5,896 nucleotides of DNA from Geosiphon pyriformis uo1. Its lineage: Eukaryota; Fungi; Glomeromycota. Both the position numbers and the translations under genes were made by a program. Below, in pieces: positions 1-5,896 of the stretch (position 1 is its first letter; each line of letters starts with the position of its first letter). The DNA lies in assembly GCA_016748015.1 (NCBI GenBank), contig JAAOMT010000379.1:65060-70955 (forward strand). Reading direction: 5' to 3'. The notes under the pieces are model-generated. The model was not told the origin of the DNA, made no database searches, and saw nothing but the letters and a program-made list of their open reading frames with translations.

Positions 1-320
1 TAAAAAATAAAAATATTTTTGAATATTTTAATTAAATTATTTATACAATTTTATTAAAGACTGGAACAATAAATTTTAATGAGAAACTTTCATATAATTT
101 TTATTAATAAAAATAAAATATTCACTTTAAAATATAATGTAATTATCAATTTGTTTTTAAAAATGATTTAATCATTTATGATCAAAATTTATTATTGCGA
201 TAATTTCTTAATTAAATATTTAAAATTACTACCATGCAATTACCTTTTAAGTACAATCGACATTTTTTTTCTTTCATATCTCAGAATATAATGTATAAAA
301 ATTATTTTGTATTTATTCAT

Positions 321-638
321 AAAATTCAATGTATTCGGGAAATGATTGAAAGAAATTGGCAATATGATCCGTATTGTCGTGATACTGCAGAACAATTCCA
401 ACAAAGTGTTATTGCTGCTCGTGATCATTGTAACTTAAATCAACCTATACGTGAAAAAATACTTCAACCTGAAGAGACACAAGATGCTATTCGAGATAGG
501 ACAAGATATAGAAGCCTGTTAATTTCAAAACCTAAATGTTCTACAAATGGTAAGTGTTTCATTTATTATATTTATTATTTAAAAACTTGAGTCTAAACAC
601 CTTTTTTAGAGTTGGATTTGGATTTGGGAATTGATTAA
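321..638 (+). pseudogene. 3' fragment of a protein kinase gene (subdomain XI plus tail), two exons: ~321-549 and 610-638
   Basis: CIREMIERNWQYDPYCRDTAEQF resembles kinase subdomain XI (L-M-x2-CW-x2-DP-x2-RP-T-A-x-E). YRSLLI resembles the YTSRLL tail motif I recall from fungal TKL-type kinases. Splicing out 550-609 gives ...CSTN-ELDLDLGID* (TAA 636-638). No kinase core is recognisable in 1-320, but upstream exons could lie outside the window. Confidence 0.6.
550..609 (+). other. 60-nt spliceosomal intron, phase 1
   Basis: Donor G|GTAAGT at 550, branch-like CTAAA at 593-597, acceptor CTTTTTTAG| ending at 609. The interior is AT-rich and splicing keeps the frame open to a nearby stop. Confidence 0.75.
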
Positions 639-763
639 ATTAGCAATGACGGATTAATACGTTTGCGTCCTTGTTAAACCAACGAAATCAGTAAGCACTT
701 TAATAATGGAAAAGATGAAAAAGTTGAGGAGGAATCGGTTCTTTATTTATATTTAGCTTTATA

Positions 764-791
764 CAGAGGGTGTCCAAAAGTTTCCTAACAA
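764..791 (+). repeat. Left terminal inverted repeat
   Basis: CAGAGGGTGTCCAAAAGTTTCCTAACAA matches the reverse complement of 2359-2386 at 27/28 positions (mismatch T786 vs C2364). Preceded by TA. Confidence 0.96.
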
Positions 792-873
792 ACTTTGGAA
801 TAACATTCCACATGCTTGAATAATTAGAAAAGCACGAGTTTATTACTAAATTAAGTTAGTTAATTATTTAATT

Positions 874-980
874 ACGCGTTTTTTATTTTTTAAACCCGCG
901 TGTATAATGTTTTTTCGCGACGCGCATAATCGATTTTATTCATACTCGTTTTTTTATAAAAATGAAATGTAACGCGCATA
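874..980. promoter_or_regulatory. CGCG-motif cluster in the putative transposase promoter
   Basis: Seen: CGCG at 875, 897, 916, 921 and 973, including ACGCGT (874-879), TTTCGCG (913-919) and ACGCGCATA twice (920-928, 972-980), in T-rich sequence ending about 30 nt before the ATG. Regulatory function is inference. Confidence 0.45.
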
Positions 981-1012
981 TAAGATTTTTTCGTCGTTTT
1001 TATTAAAACGAA

Positions 1013-1196
1013 ATGGGAGCAAAAAAAGAATTAACGATTGCTCAACGTAATACTATATTCTTATTACAACAGCATGGCAAGAAATATCGTGATATTGCCA
1101 ACATAGTCAATTGCAGCTTGACAACAGTTTCGGATACAATAAAACGATTTAAAGAAACTGGTTCAATTGATTCAAGACCTCGTTCAGGACGTCCAC
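1013..1196 (+). CDS. Tc1-like transposase, N-terminal part (paired-like HTH plus GRP linker), cut by the assembly gap
   Basis: MGAKKELTIAQRNTIFLLQQHGKKYRDIANIVNCSLTTVSDTIKRFKETGSIDSRPRSGRP. The G-x3-R-x-IA-x4-CS-x2-TV-x3-IKRFKETG HTH pattern followed by the RSGRP AT-hook-like linker is typical of Tc1 transposases. Confidence 0.93.
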
Positions 1197-2058
1197 NNNN
1201 NNNNNNNNNNNNNNNNNNNNNNNNNNNNNNNNNNNNNNNNNNNNNNNNNNNNNNNNNNNNNNNNNNNNNNNNNNNNNNNNNNNNNNNNNNNNNNNNNNNN
1301 NNNNNNNNNNNNNNNNNNNNNNNNNNNNNNNNNNNNNNNNNNNNNNNNNNNNNNNNNNNNNNNNNNNNNNNNNNNNNNNNNNNNNNNNNNNNNNNNNNNN
1401 NNNNNNNNNNNNNNNNNNNNNNNNNNNNNNNNNNNNNNNNNNNNNNNNNNNNNNNNNNNNNNNNNNNNNNNNNNNNNNNNNNNNNNNNNNNNNNNNNNNN
1501 NNNNNNNNNNNNNNNNNNNNNNNNNNNNNNNNNNNNNNNNNNNNNNNNNNNNNNNNNNNNNNNNNNNNNNNNNNNNNNNNNNNNNNNNNNNNNNNNNNNN
1601 NNNNNNNNNNNNNNNNNNNNNNNNNNNNNNNNNNNNNNNNNNNNNNNNNNNNNNNNNNNNNNNNNNNNNNNNNNNNNNNNNNNNNNNNNNNNNNNNNNNN
1701 NNNNNNNNNNNNNNNNNNNNNNNNNNNNNNNNNNNNNNNNNNNNNNNNNNNNNNNNNNNNNNNNNNNNNNNNNNNNNNNNNNNNNNNNNNNNNNNNNNNN
1801 NNNNNNNNNNNNNNNNNNNNNNNNNNNNNNNNNNNNNNNNNNNNNNNNNNNNNNNNNNNNNNNNNNNNNNNNNNNNNNNNNNNNNNNNNNNNNNNNNNNN
1901 NNNNNNNNNNNNNNNNNNNNNNNNNNNNNNNNNNNNNNNNNNNNNNNNNNNNNNNNNNNNNNNNNNNNNNNNNNNNNNNNNNNNNNNNNNNNNNNNNNNN
2001 NNNNNNNNNNNNNNNNNNNNNNNNNNNNNNNNNNNNNNNNNNNNNNNNNNNNNNNNNN
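1197..2058. other. Assembly gap (862 N) inside the transposase
   Basis: Run of N. The three long X-filled ORFs in the track are artefacts of it. Confidence 0.99.
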
Positions 2059-2258
2059 CAATTGAAAATTTATGGGCTATAGTAAAATGTAATATTCGTA
2101 AAAAAGAAAAACCGCCAACTACTCTTAAAAAACTTGATAAGTATGTTAAAGAAGCTTGGAAAGCAATTCCTAAATCAACGATTATAAAATTAGTTGATAG
2201 TATGCCTCGACGTATTCAAGCAGTAATTATAGCACAAGGAGGACCAACAAAGTATTAA
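2059..2258 (+). CDS. Tc1-like transposase, C-terminal part carrying the catalytic Glu
   Basis: (nCA, probably Pro)-IENLWAIVK...AWKAIP...LVDSMPRRIQAVIIAQGGPTKY*. This fits the Tc1 SPDLNPIEnlW motif (E of DDE; mariners have D here) and the canonical SMPRR...GGxTKY end. Stop TAA at 2256-2258. Confidence 0.95.
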
Positions 2259-2358
2259 AAGCTTAATAGAAAATTTAGAAAATTACTATAAAATTATAAA
2301 TATGTTGTTTATTTTGTTTTATTTTATAAAAAAATAAATATTATTGTTAAATAAAATC

Positions 2359-2386
2359 TTGTTCGGAAACTTTTGGACACCCTCTG
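2359..2386 (-). repeat. Right terminal inverted repeat
   Basis: Reverse complement reads CAGAGGGTGTCCAAAAGTTTCCGAACAA. Followed by TA at 2387-2388. Confidence 0.96.
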
Positions 2387-2779
2387 TATATAGTATAGAT
2401 TATCGTATATAGTTTTATTTTTAAAAGAAGTTTTACCTTTATTTTCAAATGTGAGGATTATTGACTGTAAAGCGTTTCCTTTTCAAATATTTTATGTATA
2501 AACATGTTTGATAGAAAATTTGATATTTCGGATAAACTAATAGATTTTGCTTCTGTAAACTTCAATCTATAAATTTTATTTTTCTAAATTTATAACATTG
2601 TGCTTTCACTCATAGGGTTGGGAATATTCTCATCATTGATCAAATAAATAAGAATGAATGTGAACTTTATCATATTGTTACAGTTGAATCTTTTACTTTT
2701 TAGCTTTTTATTATTAATTACTTAACCATAGTTAGTCACATGTATTAGCCACTAATGTCATTAGTTAGCCACCCTATTT

Positions 2780-3119
2780 TTAGAAATAGTCGTTGATGTG
2801 ATTATTGAATTAGTCGTTGACTTGGTCATTGACTCGATCATTGACCGAATCATTGATGTGATCACTGACCTGATCATTGATATAAGCAAGACTTCCCAAA
2901 GCTGTAGAAAAGGCATTCACACTCGAATCCACACTTTCAGATCAATACAATGATATCAACTCTTTATTTCCTTTTCACTATTTCTTTTCCCTTTTCTTTT
3001 CTTGATTTGTATAATTGTTAGTTTCTGTGAAGTATATTGAATAAAACGTTTACTGAAAAGTACAACTAATACCTGATATTGAATTCTAAGAGCGCCGACG
3101 TGAGACATAGAATTATACC
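2780..3119 (-). pseudogene. Possible decayed intron-containing gene fragment ending in (I/V)ND-x tetrapeptide repeats; product unknown
   Basis: Minus-strand intron 3072-3001 (CAG|GTATTA donor, ACTAAC branch at 3022-3017, AAG acceptor, 72 nt). Spliced reading: GIILCLTSALLEFNIR-KEKGKEIVK/(1-nt shift)GNKELISLY*SESVDSSVNAFSTALGSLAYINDQVSDHINDSVNDRVNDQVND*FNNHINDYF*. Requires one frameshift and two internal stops. Confidence 0.4.
2787..2882. repeat. Degenerate tandem array, 8 x 12 bp, consensus approx. TGATCATTGACY
   Basis: tagtcgttgatg / tgattattgaat / tagtcgttgact / tggtcattgact / cgatcattgacc / gaatcattgatg / tgatcactgacc / tgatcattgata. No indels between units. Confidence 0.9.
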
Positions 3120-4229
3120 AGTGTGTTATCTTTTGTTGACAGTACGGACTATTCAGATTCCCTTGTTACTTTTGGAAAGAATAGCGACTGAGATATTTAT
3201 GAGACTGATCTCGCACATTGAATCCTTACTAATTCAATTCACTCATTAAAGTTGAATTACCCTTTTATTAATTTTATTGCCATACAATATTGTTCTTCCT
3301 GGCTATCCGTTAGTGTGTTGCATCTGACCGTAACAATATGATGGTTGAGGGTTGGTCTAGTCTATTCAAACTAACAAACCAAATTATTTTGAAATAAGAC
3401 ATAAAATAATTAATATTTTATTCTGATATGGTTCCAAAATATTGAGACTTAATAAATTTCTTAAAAACATAACAAATTACATTGTATTTATAATCTAGTT
3501 GAATTAATTGATTGATTAGTGGTCACTTTCATATTAAAGTATTGTCATGTTAAATATTAAAATGTTAAGATTGAATAGAAAGCGAGAATGAATATGTTTT
3601 TGTTATATTTTTATAATTCATTAAATCTCATTAATTTTATTTAAATAGATACTGAGTAGGATATTTCATTTTTTGAAATTAATTTTCTTTGTAGCAGTCA
3701 GATTCAATCGGAATTAAAACACAAAGATAATTGATTCCTAAATATTTCTTTAATCCATATTATTTTTTTAGTGGCCAAATTACTTTAACTGTCATAATTC
3801 TTGCCTTTTCATTAAAATATCTCATTCGTTATTTAAAATATGTTATTTGTTACTGAGAACTATTTGCTTCTTATTCAAAATATTTGTTGTTTTATATTTT
3901 AAAACATCTTTCTGTAGATTCAATGAGCACTGAACCAAATTTGGGTTAGGTGAATTTTGGAATTGATTAAATTGAAGTATAATTTTACATAGAGTTAGCT
4001 GTCTTTGATCATGAACAAGAGAATTATTTTGTTGTGAATTTTATGAGAAATAATCTATATTTCCTAAATTTGAACTTGGTAATATTTTGATTTAATTTGG
4101 AAAGATCTAAAGATTTGAATAATATCGAATTCTAAATGTATCAACAAATGATATTGAACCTATTTAAATGAGGAAGTCTCATTAACATTTACGCTAGGAA
4201 CGTTTTAATAATTTACAACACTTCTTTAG

Positions 4230-4419
4230 GTTAAAAGGTGGGAGGAAACAAAAGACTTTAGGGATTAAGCAAAATTCGGCCGAAATCAAATCACGAACCT
4301 GAAACAAGATGCCAAAATTGTATAGCTTGCAAAAAAAGAAATTCATCTAACCGCCACTGATATACAACGGGAAATGAAAAAATAGTGTAGACACGATTCA
4401 ACGATGTTTACCTGAAGGT
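4230..4419 (+). pseudogene. Degenerate Tc1/IS630-like transposase relic (linker plus second HTH)
   Basis: VKRWEETKDFRD*AKFGRNQITNLKQDAKIV*LAKKEIHLTATDIQREMKK/(shift at ~4381)SVDTIQRCLPEG. KRxxET-x9-GR aligns without gaps to KRFKETGSIDSRPRSGRP of the intact element. The rest fits the Tc1 pattern T-x3-D-x2-IV...TA-x2-I...S-x2-TI-x-R-x-L-x-E-x-G. Stops at 4266 and 4323. Confidence 0.75.
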
Positions 4420-4910
4420 ATAATGCTATTCTTTCAAATAAAATTTTTTTATTTATTTTACCGTGTACCAAGTTATGAAGCTTCGGTTACTTTTGTGGCA
4501 AACTGTAAATGTTATTTTCTAAAAAATGAACTTTTTTGATATTAACTAATGTTAAAACTCCCTTTTAGGAAGAATTGTATGCTTTTTAGAGTAATATTAC
4601 ATAATCATTCTTTCAGGGCCTTTGATTGGAAGGAAACATAAAAATACATTTTCCGAGGAATTCTAGCTAATAAGTTTAGAAACAGCTTTGAATGGCATTT
4701 TACCCGAAACACATGTGCATTAAGAACCTATACATAATTCGAAAAATGTTAAATTTATAAATTTCATTATCTGTAAGAAGTGAGCTAATCTTTGAAATTA
4801 ATAAGCATGAACTGCAAAAATATCAAAATATTAATACATTTCAAGGGGACGAAAATTTAATGCAAAAACAATTTAACACCAACGATTAAAATAAATGAAT
4901 ATATGCGTAT

Positions 4911-4940
4911 GTCATAGCCATAGCCATTGCCATTGCCTTG
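4911..4940. repeat. Short hexamer tandem repeat, (GCCATW) x ~5
   Basis: gtcata gccata gccatt gccatt gccttg. Confidence 0.7.
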
Positions 4941-5091
4941 AAATTTTCAAGATTAAAAAGCCACAAGAAATTATAACTTGGGCTTCGAATAATTTACTCT
5001 GAGGTTTAAGTAAAAACTAATTTTTTTAAAGAGGAAAAACAGCTCAATATGTTCAACAACCTTGAATGTGTTAAAATCGTTCTAAATATCT

Positions 5092-5495
5092 ATGAAATTT
5101 GAAGCCAATGATATGATAATCGAATAACAATATGATTTCAAAAGAGAAGGAATAAAGAATATTGATATTGAATTATTCATATATATCCCGTACAACAGGG
5201 TAGAAAATGGAATAAAAATCTAAAAAAGATTTCTTATTACTGTAGCTTAAATATTTAAATGCATGAACATAGCATGCATAGAATTGCAAACTTCAAAATA
5301 TACGGATGATGTGGTTATCGAAAAGCATTATATTAATTAAATTTATTTCCAAATTTAGTAAAGGGAAAAAGATTATTTGTGATATTTTTTACACATGGGC
5401 ATAAATTACGAAGATTTCTTTTTAAATTAGGATCGACACATTGAAAATCCTCTTTTGATGTGGAAGAATGAGGACTCGTTGACTTTGGGCTTTAT
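5092..5495 (+). pseudogene. Possible heavily decayed protein kinase N-lobe / catalytic-loop remnant
   Basis: Motif-like pieces in kinase order: IYIPYNRVEN (5179-5208, cf. EWIPY), GTAGCTTAAATATTTAAAT at ~5242 (VALKYLN if 2 nt are restored), DRHIENPL (5431-5454, cf. DLHxxNIL) and LVDFGL (5475-5492). Needs several frameshifts, stops and deletions. Confidence 0.35.
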
Positions 5496-5896
5496 ATGTT
5501 TTCTAATAATTAGAAAAGGAAGGGAATGGCTGGTTGGAGCATGTAAAATAGTCTTTGGATGGTGACGCCACCAAAGAAATGTGTGGTGTTGGCAACGATA
5601 TGTCGGGTTTATTAGTGATCAATCGAATTGACATTAGATTTCTTTGGAGAATTTGAACTGGTTCTTGATAAGTTGTGAATTTGTAGAGGTGAGGAACGAC
5701 CTGGATGCTGATATTTTTCAATATCTATGATGATGTTTTAGACTGCTTCTTGTGCCAGCTGATAATTTTCATTTGATAAAACAACTGTTGAATTATGAAG
5801 ATTTTATTGATTTTCTGAACATGGGTCATTCGGAACAATCTTGTTCGATACTTATTACTGTTTTTGAACTCATTGCGCTTTCTTAAAGCAAACGCC

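Larger units (their letters stand above)
764..2386 (+). mobile_element. Tc1-family (IS630-Tc1-mariner superfamily) DNA transposon, apparently full length
   Basis: Seen: 28-bp TIRs at 764-791 and 2359-2386, flanked by TA at 762-763 and 2387-2388, enclosing transposase N- and C-terminal coding segments. Known: TA duplication and short TIRs starting CAG are typical of Tc1-like elements. The 1623-bp length depends on the gap-size estimate. Confidence 0.96.
2676..3335. mobile_element. Candidate 660-bp TG...CA-bounded element (solo LTR or non-autonomous Ginger-like element)
   Basis: Starts TGTTAC (2676-2681), ends GTAACA (3330-3335), with ATAT on both sides (2672-2675, 3336-3339). The match is short and could be chance. 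Confidence 0.3.

Noticed and set aside
1-320. Promoter or polyA motifs in the extremely AT-rich left flank
   Set aside because: TATA- and AATAAA-like words are expected by chance at this composition, so nothing specific can be supported.
240-428. 62-aa minus-strand ORF
   Set aside because: Antisense to the kinase-like fragment, low complexity, no recognisable motif.
1042-2061. 339-aa minus-strand ORF, and the full lengths of the 350-aa and 363-aa plus-strand ORFs
   Set aside because: Artefacts of translating through 862 Ns. Only the plus-strand segments 1013-1196 and 2059-2258 are supported.
764-2386. Fanzor/TnpB-type RNA-guided nuclease cargo in the Tc1 element
   Set aside because: No RuvC or zinc-finger motifs are visible. 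Only 100 nt separate the stop codon from the right TIR, and the unexplained part of the gap is too small for such a gene.
2787-2882. CRISPR array or telomeric repeat
   Set aside because: Units are 12 bp, contiguous and degenerate, with no unique spacers and no cas genes. They do not match a TTAGGG-type repeat.
4902-4977. YAYVIAIAIAIALKFSRLKSHKKL as a membrane-anchored micropeptide
   Set aside because: The hydrophobic run is just the translated hexamer repeat. The frame has a stop immediately upstream and no start codon.
5503-5721. 72-aa minus-strand ORF as a gene
   Set aside because: Begins at TTG rather than ATG in a eukaryotic context and has no recognisable domain. An overlapping frame looks at least as protein-like.
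5510-5842. Alternative genetic code (TAA/TAG = Gln)
   Set aside because: The intact transposase ends with TAA exactly at the canonical TKY terminus, and the relics also carry frameshifts, so decay explains the stops better.

Overview
AT-rich eukaryotic DNA with short GT-AG introns; the intron style and kinase-tail motifs suggest a fungus, possibly an arbuscular mycorrhizal fungus (inference only). The one well-supported intact unit is a young-looking Tc1-family (DDE) DNA transposon at 764-2386. It has 28-bp TIRs with one mismatch, a TA target duplication, and a transposase whose middle lies in an 862-nt assembly gap. Around it is decayed sequence: a spliced 3' tail of a protein kinase gene (321-638), an 8 x 12-bp tandem array inside a possible TG...CA-bounded 660-bp element (2676-3335), a second and much older Tc1-like transposase relic missed by the ORF track (4230-4419), and weaker kinase-like and LINE-like fragments. 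I see no convincing new multi-gene system. The most unusual signals are a tight cluster of CGCG motifs (MCB/SCB/E2F-like) upstream of the transposase ATG and the 660-bp TGTTAC...GTAACA unit.
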